NCBI GenBank assembly: GCA_965277805.1
Contig: OZ255842.1
Coordinates: forward strand, 4,960,001 to 5,024,000
Origin: Candidatus Lustribacter sp.
Lineage (GTDB): Bacteria; Vulcanimicrobiota; Vulcanimicrobiia; Vulcanimicrobiales; Vulcanimicrobiaceae
DNA length: 64,000 nucleotides
Direction: 5' to 3'
The position numbers were made by a program, and so were the translations under genes. Each line of letters opens with the position of its first letter. Positions within the stretch are counted from its first letter, which is position 1. The notes beneath the pieces are model-generated. The model ran no database searches and was not told the DNA's origin. It saw only the letters and a list, made by a program, of their open reading frames with translations. Positions 26,943 through 36,423 of the stretch are shown piece by piece.

Positions 26943-28646
26943 ATGGCAGTAGCAGCACCCACAACACCGGCGGTCCCGCACGTCGTTCTGGATCACGTCC
27001 ATCCGGAACCGACGGGATTTATCCGCAAGTACATCTTCTCGATCGATCACAAGATCATCGCGTATCAGTACTTCATCACCGCGGGGATTTTCTTCGTCAT
27101 CGCCGGCCTCTTGGCCGAGATGATCCGCATCGATCTGCTCAAACACACCGGCGTTTTGACGCCCAACGTCTACAACCAGGTGTACTCGGTTCACGGTTCG
27201 ATGATGGTGTGGCTGGTGATCATCCCGTTCGTTTCCGGCGCGTTCGGAAACTTCGTGATGCCGCTGCAAATCGGGGCGCGCGACGTCGCCTTCCCCTGGC
27301 TGAACCTCGCTGCGTTTTGGATGTTCCCGCCGGCCGGTTTGATTCTGCTCGCGTCGTTTGCGTTCGGAGCGCCGGACGCCGGCTGGACGGAATACCCGCC
27401 GATTTCGCTGCAGGCGCCGTACGGTACGTCGATGTGGTGCATGGCGATCTTCCTGATCGGCATCAGCTCGACGCTCACCGGCATCAACTTCCTCGTCACG
27501 ATTTTCAAGATGCGCGCGCCCGGCATGACGTTCACGCGCATGCCGCTGTTCGTGTGGGCCTCGGCGGCGACCGCCGGCCTGAACATGGTGGCGACGACTG
27601 CGCTCGCGGCCGCGCTGCTCGCGCTCTTCCTCGAGCGCCAATTCGGCGTGCCGTTCTACGATCCGACCAAGGGCGGATCGCCAATCCTTTGGCAGCACAT
27701 GTTCTGGTTCTATTCGCATCCGGCCGTCTACATCATGATCTTGCCGGCGTTCGGCATCATCTCCGAAGTGCTGCCGACGTTCTCGCGTAAGCCGATCTTC
27801 GGCTACAAGATGATCGCGTTCTCATCGGTCGCGATCGCGCTGCTCGGCTTCATGGTCTGGGCGCATCACATGTTCACCTCGGGCATGGCGCCGTGGCTCC
27901 AGCTCCCGTTCATGATCATCACGATGCTGATCGCGATCCCGACCGGCATCAAGGTGTTCTCGTGGATGGCGACGCTCTGGGGCGGCTCGATCGAGTTTTC
28001 CGCCGCGTGTCTGTTTGCGCTCGGCTTCTTGATCACGTTCAGCCTCGGCGGCGTGACCGGATTCTTCTTGGCGGCGGTTCCCGCCGATCTGCACGAACAC
28101 GGCACGTACTTCGTGGTCGGGCACATTCACTACGTGCTCTACGGCGGTTCCGTGTTCGGGATCTTCGCCGGCCTCTATTATTGGTGGCCGAAGATGACCG
28201 GACGCATGATGAACGAGCGCGTCGGACAGTGGCACGCCTGGATCACGTTCGTGGCGTTCAACTGCACGTTCTTGCCGATGCATTGGCTCGGGCTGCTCGG
28301 CATGCCGCGGCGCGTCGCGATGTACGACGTGGAGTACGAGTTCTGGAACCAGGTCATCTCGATCTCGTCGTTCTTCCTCGCCGCCTCGACGCTCTTGATC
28401 ATGGGCAACATGCTCTGGAGCTTCAAGAACGGCAAGAAGGCCGGCCCCAATCCGTGGGGCGCGCGCACGCTCGAGTGGATGATCTCCTCGCCCCCGCCGT
28501 ACTACAACTTCAAGAAGGTCCCGGCCGTGCTCGCCGCGCCGTACGACTTCGGTAACCCGCTCCCGTACATCGGGCTCGAAGCCGAGCCCGGTGCGATGGA
28601 AGCGACGCCGCAACACACTACCGGCCTCGTGCCCGCGCACCACTAA
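26943..28646 (+). CDS. ctaD: Cytochrome c oxidase subunit I, type A2
   Basis: DHK, HGSMM, GARDVAFP, WFYSHPAVY, WAHHMF, HIHY, GMPRR. Confidence 0.97.
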   Translation: MAVAAPTTPAVPHVVLDHVHPEPTGFIRKYIFSIDHKIIAYQYFITAGIFFVIAGLLAEMIRIDLLKHTGVLTPNVYNQVYSVHGSMMVWLVIIPFVSGAFGNFVMPLQIGARDVAFPWLNLAAFWMFPPAGLILLASFAFGAPDAGWTEYPPISLQAPYGTSMWCMAIFLIGISSTLTGINFLVTIFKMRAPGMTFTRMPLFVWASAATAGLNMVATTALAAALLALFLERQFGVPFYDPTKGGSPILWQHMFWFYSHPAVYIMILPAFGIISEVLPTFSRKPIFGYKMIAFSSVAIALLGFMVWAHHMFTSGMAPWLQLPFMIITMLIAIPTGIKVFSWMATLWGGSIEFSAACLFALGFLITFSLGGVTGFFLAAVPADLHEHGTYFVVGHIHYVLYGGSVFGIFAGLYYWWPKMTGRMMNERVGQWHAWITFVAFNCTFLPMHWLGLLGMPRRVAMYDVEYEFWNQVISISSFFLAASTLLIMGNMLWSFKNGKKAGPNPWGARTLEWMISSPPPYYNFKKVPAVLAAPYDFGNPLPYIGLEAEPGAMEATPQHTTGLVPAHH

Positions 28647-28658
28647 AGGACGTAGAAC

Positions 28659-29291
28659 TTGACGACAGCAGCCGTCGAACACGGCCACGGCGACGCCCAC
28701 GGACACGCAGACCACGATGAGGTGATCTACCAAGAGACGCGCGACATGCGTCTCTTGGGGTTCGTCCTCTTCCTGTGCTCGGACGTCGTGCTGTTCTCGG
28801 CCTTCGTGTTCGCGTATCTGTACTTACGCGGCACGATCGATGAATGGCCGCCGATCCTCAACGGGCACCAGCTGCCGCGCCTCGATCTTCCGTTCGCCGA
28901 GTTCAACTCGATCGTGCTGTTCGGTTCGGGTGTCACGATGCATCACGCGCTCGAGAACTGGAAGCACGGGAAGAAGGGCCTCTTCGACGTCTTCATGGGC
29001 GCGACGATCGTGCTCGGCATCATGTTCCTCTGCGGTCAGGCTTACGAATATTCACACGCCGCAATCGGCGGCTGGAGCGGCTCGATCTTCGGCGCGTCGT
29101 TCTTCACGCTCACCGGCATGCACGGTTTCCACGTCTTCTGCGGCGTCGTATACCTCGCGATTCTGTGGTGGCAAACGAAGCAGGGTCATTACGACCAGAC
29201 CCACTACTTCGGCCTTACCGCCGGCACGCTGTACTGGCATTTCGTCGACGTGATCTGGGTCGGTCTCTTCTTCCTGTTCTATATTTTCTAG
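28659..29291 (+). CDS. ctaE: Cytochrome c oxidase subunit III
   Basis: LFLCSDVVLF, GQAYEY, FFTLTGMHGFHV, YWHFVDVIW. Confidence 0.95.
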   Translation: MTTAAVEHGHGDAHGHADHDEVIYQETRDMRLLGFVLFLCSDVVLFSAFVFAYLYLRGTIDEWPPILNGHQLPRLDLPFAEFNSIVLFGSGVTMHHALENWKHGKKGLFDVFMGATIVLGIMFLCGQAYEYSHAAIGGWSGSIFGASFFTLTGMHGFHVFCGVVYLAILWWQTKQGHYDQTHYFGLTAGTLYWHFVDVIWVGLFFLFYIF

Positions 29292-29303
29292 GAGCACGCA
29301 ACG

Positions 29304-29504
29304 ATGGATTTAGCAGTAATCGAGCGCGGGACCGCGCTGATCGGAGCGATCGTCGTCGGTGTGTTCGCATCGATCGCGCTCAAGGATGACTGGAACGCGA
29401 AAGGGCTCGACAACAGCACCACCAAGTTGCTGCTCGGCCTGATGGCGTTCGGCTGCCTCATGGTGCTGGCGGCCGCGGTCGGCCTCATCGGACCGAAGGG
29501 CTAA
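29304..29504 (+). CDS. Small 2-TM protein, 66 aa (possible oxidase subunit)
   Basis: AGGAG SD; two hydrophobic helices; directly after subunit III. Confidence 0.7.
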   Translation: MDLAVIERGTALIGAIVVGVFASIALKDDWNAKGLDNSTTKLLLGLMAFGCLMVLAAAVGLIGPKG

Positions 29505-29509
29505 GGCGT

Positions 29510-29707
29510 ATGTACGATCCGAATCCCTACAAACACGGCATCCCGGTTTCGGCCGGCATTCCGCCGCTCATCCGCTGGTCGGGCATCATCGGTTTCGTGG
29601 TGATCCTGTGCGTGGTCGGCATCGTGATCGGCTCCTCGCGCTACGGCCACGTCTGGCCCTCGGCCGACTCCGCCAAGATCAAGTTATCCGGAGCCGGCGC
29701 TCACTAA
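29510..29707 (+). CDS. Small 1-TM protein, 65 aa
   Basis: TAAGG SD; one TM helix; last gene of the cox run. Confidence 0.65.
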   Translation: MYDPNPYKHGIPVSAGIPPLIRWSGIIGFVVILCVVGIVIGSSRYGHVWPSADSAKIKLSGAGAH

Positions 29708-30288
29708 GGAATAATTTCGCGGCGTTTGATGATGCCCACGCCCAGCCGCGCGATGCGGTCGGGCAGAACGCCGGTCGGGCGTCCGTCGATGCGATGCACG
29801 CCGCCGTACTCGCTGAATTCGGCCAGCGACGGGATCGTCACCGCGCGTAGCGGTACGTCTCCGATCGTAGGCCATTCACAGGCCACGCTGCTATCTTCAG
29901 TGAGCACCGCGACGTAGCCGTTCGAGTCGACCGGGGATTCCGCATCCGGCGGACGATAACGAACGTAACCGTCGACGATGAAAATCGGTCGGAACGTTTG
30001 GAGCAACGCACGCGTCGGCGCGAGCATGAGGGCCAGCGCATAGCAGATGCAGGCGACGACGCCCAGCGCGAAGACCGGTGAGAGAATCACCATGTTGTGG
30101 TCGTCGGGATGGGTCGGGTCGGTGCGCACGATCAGCATCCCGATCGTCAGGGCGAGGAACATCGTCCCGCACAGAATAGGTTCAATCGCAATGCACAGCC
30201 GGCCGAAGAATCCATGCAACACGACTAGCCGCTCGCTGCGGCGCCAGTTCCGGCGAATCAGCAGCGAGCTGCGCTCGTCGGCCGTCAT
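29704..30288 (-). CDS. Hypothetical 2-TM membrane protein, 194 aa
   Basis: ATG 30288 (MTADERSSLL...); longer track version would overlap the SCO gene. Confidence 0.65.
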   Translation of the reverse strand: MTADERSSLLIRRNWRRSERLVVLHGFFGRLCIAIEPILCGTMFLALTIGMLIVRTDPTHPDDHNMVILSPVFALGVVACICYALALMLAPTRALLQTFRPIFIVDGYVRYRPPDAESPVDSNGYVAVLTEDSSVACEWPTIGDVPLRAVTIPSLAEFSEYGGVHRIDGRPTGVLPDRIARLGVGIIKRREIIP

Positions 30289-30310
30289 ACGCCCGGCCTT
30301 GTATCCCTGG

Positions 30311-31303
30311 ATGGTCGGCGTTTTAGCCGCGTTCGTCATGCTGCTCGGTCCCGGAACGGTAAGTGCGAAGGCGCTGGTACGTGTCCACGGTCTCGTCCTG
30401 GCGCTGACGCCGCAGAACGGAGAGGCGATCATTCGCCACGATGCCTTCGGTTCGATGCCGGCCATGACGATGCCGTTCAAGATCGTCCCCAAAGCGCAAG
30501 TCGCCACGCTGCAAGTCGGAAACGCGATCGACGGCACCGTCGACACGGCAACCGACCCCTGGACGCTGCGCGACGTGAAGGTCAGCACCACCCAGATGGT
30601 GACCTCCGATCCGGGCATCACCCGCCGGGTCGTCCCGCTGCACGTCGGCGACGTCATTCCCGATACGCCGTTCACCGATCAGACGGGGAAGCCGTTCCGC
30701 TTCTCGCAACTGCGGGGTGAAGACGCCGTGCTCGCATTCGTCTACACGCGCTGCCAAGACCCGCGCATGTGCCCGCTGATCTCATCGAAGTTCCACGCGC
30801 TGCAGCAACGGATCGGTTCGCGCCCGATGCATCTGGTCGAGGTGACGCTCGATCCGTCGTACGACCGTCCGCGCGTGCTCGCGCGTTACGGCAAGCTGTT
30901 CGGCGCGAACCCGAGTCGCTGGACGCTCGCCGTCGGCGATGCGGATCCCACGCTCAACTTCGCCGCGCAATTCGGTATCACGGCGTTCCCCGATCCGAGC
31001 GTCGGCCTCATCCACGCCGAGAACACGGTCGAGATCGGACCCGACGGCCGCATTCGCAACATGATCACCGACACGTCGTGGCAGCCCGACGAAATCATCG
31101 CCGACGTCGACAACAGTCACGGCGAAGCCTCGAACCCGTTCGAACGTCTGAACCTCTGGCTCTCGCGCGCCGCCGTCGCGATCTGCGGCAACAACGTCGC
31201 CGCCTTCAGCGGCCTCGGCGACCTCGGCGTCGTCATCCTCATCTTCGCCGCCTTCGGCTATCTCCTATTCCGCCTCGCAAGAGGCATAGCCAAAAGCGCG
31301 TAG
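30311..31303 (+). CDS. SCO-family copper chaperone with N-terminal CusF-like domain and C-terminal TM anchor
   Basis: IIRHDAFGSMPAMTMPF (CusF-like); FVYTRCQDPRMCP, VTLDPSYD, LIHAE (SCO). Confidence 0.88.
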   Translation: MVGVLAAFVMLLGPGTVSAKALVRVHGLVLALTPQNGEAIIRHDAFGSMPAMTMPFKIVPKAQVATLQVGNAIDGTVDTATDPWTLRDVKVSTTQMVTSDPGITRRVVPLHVGDVIPDTPFTDQTGKPFRFSQLRGEDAVLAFVYTRCQDPRMCPLISSKFHALQQRIGSRPMHLVEVTLDPSYDRPRVLARYGKLFGANPSRWTLAVGDADPTLNFAAQFGITAFPDPSVGLIHAENTVEIGPDGRIRNMITDTSWQPDEIIADVDNSHGEASNPFERLNLWLSRAAVAICGNNVAAFSGLGDLGVVILIFAAFGYLLFRLARGIAKSA

Positions 31304-31344
31304 GGTGGTGCAAGAAGTAGGAGTGGGGAATGATCGTCGATAGT

Positions 31345-31373
31345 GGCGGTCCCTCGTCAAGCTCGGGATGACA
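31345..31373. repeat. REP-like repeat arm between convergent genes
   Basis: GGCGGTCCCTCGTCAAGCTCGGGATGACA, 27/29 identical to 18512-18540. Confidence 0.8.
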
Positions 31374-31394
31374 AAAGAGACACGACGTCGTGAG

Positions 31395-32309
31395 TTAGAC
31401 TGTCATTTCTCCCGTTGCGATTGGGACGACGGAGCCGCCTACTTCGATTACGGGGATCGCGTTGGGGTCTTCGCTGTTGACGTGGATGAGGACGTGCAGG
31501 AGGCTGCGGCGGCCCATTTTTGTGCCTTGTTCGCTCACCATGTGCAGGCCGTTTTCGATCGGCAGGAGGCCGCGGCGCATCATTAGTGCGGCGAGCGGGC
31601 CGGTGGCGCTGCCGGTCGCGGGATCCTCGTTGATGCCGATCTCCGGTGCGAACATGCGCGAGTAGACGGCGTAGGTGTCGCCGTCTTGCTCGTCGCTCTC
31701 CTCGAGGCGCGCGAAGACGAACACCTCGGTCGGCGCGTTCGGAACCGCGGCGCGCAGCGCGCGGTAGTCTAGCATCTCGATGCGGTCGACGACGTCGCGG
31801 TTCTTCACCGCGACGAAGAGAAATGCCGGACCGGCGCCGGCGATTTCGGGCTGCACGTCGACGAGCAAGTCGTTCGGCTGCAAGCCCAGCGCCGCCGCGA
31901 CGGGCTTGGGATCGATGCGCGCACCGAACGTGATCGGCGGCGTGGTAAGCCAGAACTGCACGGCGCCGTCGCTGCCGGTCGCGACGCGCACCGGAATGGG
32001 ACCGACGCCCTCTTCCAGCACGAGATCGTTCGCTCCGGAATCGCCGCGCAAAACGAACGCCGTGCCGACGGTCGGGTGACCGGCAAACGGGAGCTCGCTG
32101 CGCGGCGTGAAGATGCGCACCTGCGCGGTGTTTTCCGGATCGGCCGGCGGGAAAATGAACGTCGTCTCGGAGAGGTTCAGCTCGGCGGCGATGCGCTGCA
32201 TCTGATCGGTTTCGAGCCCGCGCGCGTCGGTGAACACGGCGAGCGGATTGCCTTCGAACGCGATCGTCGTGAAGACGTCAACCTTCACGAACTGGTAGGG
32301 CTGCGCCAC
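31395..32309 (-). CDS. PhzF-family isomerase/epimerase
   Basis: VDVFT..FEGNPLAV, NLSETTF, RIFTP.SELPFAGHPT, EDPATGSA. Confidence 0.92.
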   Translation of the reverse strand: MAQPYQFVKVDVFTTIAFEGNPLAVFTDARGLETDQMQRIAAELNLSETTFIFPPADPENTAQVRIFTPRSELPFAGHPTVGTAFVLRGDSGANDLVLEEGVGPIPVRVATGSDGAVQFWLTTPPITFGARIDPKPVAAALGLQPNDLLVDVQPEIAGAGPAFLFVAVKNRDVVDRIEMLDYRALRAAVPNAPTEVFVFARLEESDEQDGDTYAVYSRMFAPEIGINEDPATGSATGPLAALMMRRGLLPIENGLHMVSEQGTKMGRRSLLHVLIHVNSEDPNAIPVIEVGGSVVPIATGEMTV

Positions 32310-32310
32310 G

Positions 32311-32550
32311 TTACTTCGCTTTCGGGATGTAGGAAGACGACGGCGTCGACCACTCGCACACGCTGCCGTCGTTCATCACGAACGTTTCGCAGCCGTCGAC
32401 TTCGGGGTTGAAGTCATCGTTGCGCGCTTTGGTAGCGGACCAGTTGACGTTGCCGTCTTGCCGGGCCGCCGCGCGGGCCTTGCTGTAATTGAATTGCGGT
32501 GATTTCGAGCCGGTGTTGAGGGCTTTCGCCAGCGTTTGTGCCTGTGTCAT
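32311..32550 (-). CDS. Hypothetical protein, 79 aa
   Basis: 1-nt gaps to both neighbours; GGAGG SD upstream; two Cys. Confidence 0.65.
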   Translation of the reverse strand: MTQAQTLAKALNTGSKSPQFNYSKARAAARQDGNVNWSATKARNDDFNPEVDGCETFVMNDGSVCEWSTPSSSYIPKAK

Positions 32551-32551
32551 G

Positions 32552-33979
32552 TCAGGTGCGTGCCTCCGCGCGCTCGCGCGCTTTTGCGTGCAGTCCGAGA
32601 GTGACCAGCGCCGCGACGATCGCGATGCCGGTGAACCACAGATACGCGATATGATAGCCCTCGACCGGCGTCGCTTGCGAGCCGATCACGCCGCCGGCCA
32701 GCGAACCGCCGAGAATCTGTCCGAGAATCAGGCAGACCGAGAGCAGTCCCACCGCGGCCGAACGTTCTTTCGAGCCGGCCCGGTTGGTGACGATGTAGCG
32801 CGTCGGCGCACCGAGCAGCGCGCCGAAACCGCAGCCGGCCACGACCATCGCGCCGATCGCGATCCACACGTTGCCGAAGCCGTACGCGAAGATCGCGAGC
32901 CCGGCTGCGGTCAGCGTCGTGCCGGCCGTCAGCACGACGCGGCTGCCGGCTGCATCGAGCGCGCGACCTGCGCCGGGAATCACGACGACGAACATCACCG
33001 CGCCGACCGCGGCCACGGCGCCCGCGGCGGCGTACGAGAGGTGTTCGGCGGCCACCAGCGCCGCCGGGATGAAGAACAGCGCACCCTCGAGGATGCCGAT
33101 CAGGATTTCCAGCCCGTAGACGAGCGTGAGCTGCCGGTCGGTGAAGAAGCGCGGCGGGATCACCGGTTCCTTCGCCGTCCGTTCGGCGAACACGAACGCG
33201 ATCAGCGCGACGATGCCGCCGGTCAACCAAAGGCGCGCGTTCAGGTTGCCGGCTCCGCCGTTGACGTTGTACTGCGTGAGGCCGAACATCAGCCCGAGCA
33301 ATCCGATCGAGAGCAGCGCGATCCCCGGCACGTCGAGCGGACCGCGCACGTTGGCCACCGTCACCGGCAGCGTGGTGCGGGCCAGATAGATCACGACGAT
33401 CGCGAGCGGCACGTTGGCGACGAAGATCCAGTGCCAAGAGAGGAAGTGCGTGAACAATCCGCCGACCAGCGGGCCGACGATCGCCGCTACGCCCCACGTT
33501 GCGGCCACGAGCCCGAGCGCGGCACCGCGCCGTTCGGGCGGAATGCGGTCGGCGATCGCCGCGGTCGCCACCGGGAAGATGCCGCCCGCGCCAAAGGCTT
33601 GGATCGCGCGCGCGGTCAGGAACATCGGAAAATTCTGCGAGAAGATCGCGAGCAGCGAACCGAGCGCGAAGATCGAGACGCACGCGATGTACACGGGCCG
33701 GCGGCCGTTGCGATCGGCGAGCTTGGTCATGATCGGGATGCTGACGACGTTCGCCAGCAGGTAGAGCGTGAAGATCCACGGCAGGTCGCGCGGGCCCGCG
33801 CCGAACGCGATGCCGAGGGCCGGCAGCGCCGGCGAGAGCACGCCGAGATCGAGCGCGCCGGCAAACACGCCAAGACCCAGCGTCAACAGCAGCGGGATCG
33901 TGCTCGGATCGAGGTTGTGCCCGGCAACGCTCGTCGTTGCGCTGGGCGCGGGTTGTGCGGTGTCCACGGTATCGGTCAC
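32552..33979 (-). CDS. MFS transporter (DHA2-like, about 14 TM)
   Basis: KLADRNGRRPV, ARAIQAFGAGG, SWHWIFVANVP. Confidence 0.92.
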   Translation of the reverse strand: MTDTVDTAQPAPSATTSVAGHNLDPSTIPLLLTLGLGVFAGALDLGVLSPALPALGIAFGAGPRDLPWIFTLYLLANVVSIPIMTKLADRNGRRPVYIACVSIFALGSLLAIFSQNFPMFLTARAIQAFGAGGIFPVATAAIADRIPPERRGAALGLVAATWGVAAIVGPLVGGLFTHFLSWHWIFVANVPLAIVVIYLARTTLPVTVANVRGPLDVPGIALLSIGLLGLMFGLTQYNVNGGAGNLNARLWLTGGIVALIAFVFAERTAKEPVIPPRFFTDRQLTLVYGLEILIGILEGALFFIPAALVAAEHLSYAAAGAVAAVGAVMFVVVIPGAGRALDAAGSRVVLTAGTTLTAAGLAIFAYGFGNVWIAIGAMVVAGCGFGALLGAPTRYIVTNRAGSKERSAAVGLLSVCLILGQILGGSLAGGVIGSQATPVEGYHIAYLWFTGIAIVAALVTLGLHAKARERAEART

Positions 33980-33999
33980 GGCGCCACGCTACCGCGCCA

Positions 34000-34920
34000 C
34001 TAAAAAACCACGCGATCGATGACGGCGGCGAGGCACATCAGCGCGAGATAGACCAGCGAGAACTTGAACATCCCGCGCGCGAACGTTTGCGATTCGTTTT
34101 GCAACACGCGGATCGCGTCGAAGAGAAACCAGCCGCCCACGATCAGCGCCGCGGCAAGGAAGATCGGCCCGAACACGTGCAGCGGCACGAGCGCGACGCA
34201 AAACACGAACAGCACGATCGTGTAGACGAGCATCTCGCGCTTGGTGCGCGCGACGCCCTTCACGTTGGGCAGCATCGGGATGCCCGCTTTGTGATAGTCG
34301 GTTTCGGTCATCAGCGCGAGCGCCCAGAAGTGCGGCGGCGTCCAGAGGAAGATCAGCAGCGCGAGGCCGATCGCGGGCGCGCCGATCGTACCGGTCACCG
34401 CGGCCCAGCCGACGAGCGGCGGAATCGAGCCGGCAAATCCGCCGATCACGATGTTCTGCGGCGTCGAGCGTTTGAGCCACATCGTGTACACGAAGACGTA
34501 GTACGCGTTGCCGCCGAGCGAAAGCCACGCCGCCAGCGGGTTGACCAGATAATTCAGCAGCAGAAACGACGTGATTCCGAGGACCATCGCGAAGGCGAGC
34601 GCGCGATTGGGCGAGATCGCGCCGCGCGGTACCGGCCGCGTCATCGTGCGCCGCATCTTGCCGTCGATATCGGAGTCGTAGACGCAGTTGAATGCGCCGG
34701 CCGATGCTGCGGCCAATGCGCCGCCGAGCAGGGTCCAGAACGTCAGCGCGAGCGGCGGAATCCCGCGCGCGGCCATGATCATTGCGGCCAGCGTCGTGAT
34801 CAGCAGCAGCACGATGATGCGCGGCTTGGTCAGTTCGAGATAATCGTCGAATGCGGCGCGCAGGCCGCCGCGGGCAAACGCGCGGGCCGCGCCTTCAACG
34901 CGCGAGAGGGTCGAGCTCAT
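34000..34920 (-). CDS. ctaB: Protoheme IX farnesyltransferase (heme O synthase)
   Basis: ELTKPRI, YDSDID.KM.RT..RP, YTMWLKR, WTPPHFWAL; start ATG 34920. Confidence 0.95.
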   Translation of the reverse strand: MSSTLSRVEGAARAFARGGLRAAFDDYLELTKPRIIVLLLITTLAAMIMAARGIPPLALTFWTLLGGALAAASAGAFNCVYDSDIDGKMRRTMTRPVPRGAISPNRALAFAMVLGITSFLLLNYLVNPLAAWLSLGGNAYYVFVYTMWLKRSTPQNIVIGGFAGSIPPLVGWAAVTGTIGAPAIGLALLIFLWTPPHFWALALMTETDYHKAGIPMLPNVKGVARTKREMLVYTIVLFVFCVALVPLHVFGPIFLAAALIVGGWFLFDAIRVLQNESQTFARGMFKFSLVYLALMCLAAVIDRVVF

Positions 34921-35840
34921 CGGGCCCGCGCCGTCGCGCTCGAGGGCACACGGCCGGACGCGGCGCTTTCGCGCACCGTGCCGTCGATCGATGCGAAGAC
35001 GATCGCGCACACGAACACGATGAACGTGGCGGCGGCGTTGGCGGCGTGCGCTTCACGCAAACCGAGCGGCAACTGCCAGACGACGTTTGCCATACCGAGC
35101 ATGACTTGCAGCACGATCAGTGCATAGCCGCCGAGTGCGGCCGCGCGCACGCGCAGCGTGGTGGCCAGCGACGACCAGTACGCCACGATCGTGGCGATGA
35201 TGAAGAAGACGGCGGCCAAGATGCGGTGCGTCATCTGTGCGGTCTCGGCCGCATTCGTGCCGCCAAAGGAACCGCTTTCGCAGCCCGGCAGCGACGAGCA
35301 CGCGAGACCCGCGCCGCTCGAACTCACGTACGCCCCGGCGCACATCGCAACGAACGCGCCGAAGACGGTCAGGGCGAGCAGCGGGTAGAGGCCGCTCTGG
35401 GGACGTGCGACGCCTGGTCGCGGCTGAACGATCGCCACGATGGCGAGTGCGGTCAGCGCGGCGAGCAGCAGCATTCCCGTGCCCCAGTGGAGGACGACCG
35501 ACCACGGGCTGTTGGCGACGGCCACGGTCGCGGCCCCAAAGGCCACCTGCAGGACGAAGATCCCGCCTAGGGCCATCAGGATCGGCGTGACTCCGGCAAT
35601 CGAGCGTCGGGCACGCCAGCCGGTCACGATGGCGCCCACCAGCAGCACCCCGACGAGCAAGGCAAGCATGCGGTGAGACCACTCGAGCACGACCGACCCG
35701 TCGAGGGCCGGGACGACGGCCCCATGGCACAGCGGCCAATCCGGGCAGGTCATCCCCGCACCGTTGATCCGGATCCAACTGCCAAGGACGGCCAACGCGA
35801 AGGCCGCGATCGCGGCGGCCAATGAGAACGCGCGGAACAT
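34917..35840 (-). CDS. ctaA: Heme A synthase
   Basis: GAGMTCPDWPLCHG, LEWSHR, second-half HR and H motifs; start ATG 35840. Confidence 0.92.
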   Translation of the reverse strand: MFRAFSLAAAIAAFALAVLGSWIRINGAGMTCPDWPLCHGAVVPALDGSVVLEWSHRMLALLVGVLLVGAIVTGWRARRSIAGVTPILMALGGIFVLQVAFGAATVAVANSPWSVVLHWGTGMLLLAALTALAIVAIVQPRPGVARPQSGLYPLLALTVFGAFVAMCAGAYVSSSGAGLACSSLPGCESGSFGGTNAAETAQMTHRILAAVFFIIATIVAYWSSLATTLRVRAAALGGYALIVLQVMLGMANVVWQLPLGLREAHAANAAATFIVFVCAIVFASIDGTVRESAASGRVPSSATARAR

Positions 35841-35954
35841 CCCTCCGAGCGTACCTTCCCACGGACCCCGCCACAACGACATTCGTGGTGATTTTTAACC
35901 CCGGCCGGGACGCACCTCGGGGAATCGCCGGGTTATCTCGAAGAGTCGCATTCG

Positions 35955-36389
35955 ATGCGGCGCGTAGTGCTGGTCCTCGTGGCGTTTGTCGCGCTCGTCG
36001 GTTGCCGGGAAGTGCGCGTCAACCGGGTCGGCACCGGTATCACTAAAGTCGCCGGCCCCAACCAAATCGTGGTCGTTCGGGACAAGCGCGAGCTGGAGGC
36101 GCTGGGCATCAGCGGCACGCCGAACTTCCGCCGGGAGTTCGCCGTTGTGTTGTTGATGGGACCGCACCGCGAGACCGGGTACGTGCAAATCACCGAGTCC
36201 ATTCGCGCCAATGCCGACCGCGAGCGCATCGTGGCGTTCGAGAAGGCCCCGATCGACGGCGGCGAGCCGACGGCCCCTTACCGCACCTATACAATGTGGT
36301 ATGTGCCGATCATCGCTTACCGGGCAGGTGTCGGTGTCGACGTGGTCACACCATCGGGCGAGCCCATAACGGCAACGACGCTGCGCTAA
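35955..36389 (+). CDS. Lipoprotein, PrcB C-terminal-like domain
   Basis: Lipobox LVGC; FAVVLLMGPHRETGY resembles the PrcB_C motif. Confidence 0.6.
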   Translation: MRRVVLVLVAFVALVGCREVRVNRVGTGITKVAGPNQIVVVRDKRELEALGISGTPNFRREFAVVLLMGPHRETGYVQITESIRANADRERIVAFEKAPIDGGEPTAPYRTYTMWYVPIIAYRAGVGVDVVTPSGEPITATTLR

Positions 36390-36423
36390 AGAATTTGATG
36401 ACTTCACCGATAGTTGTGCGGTA

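Noticed and set aside
31395-32309. Phenazine biosynthesis cluster
   Set aside because: Lone PhzF-like gene; no phzB/D/E/G
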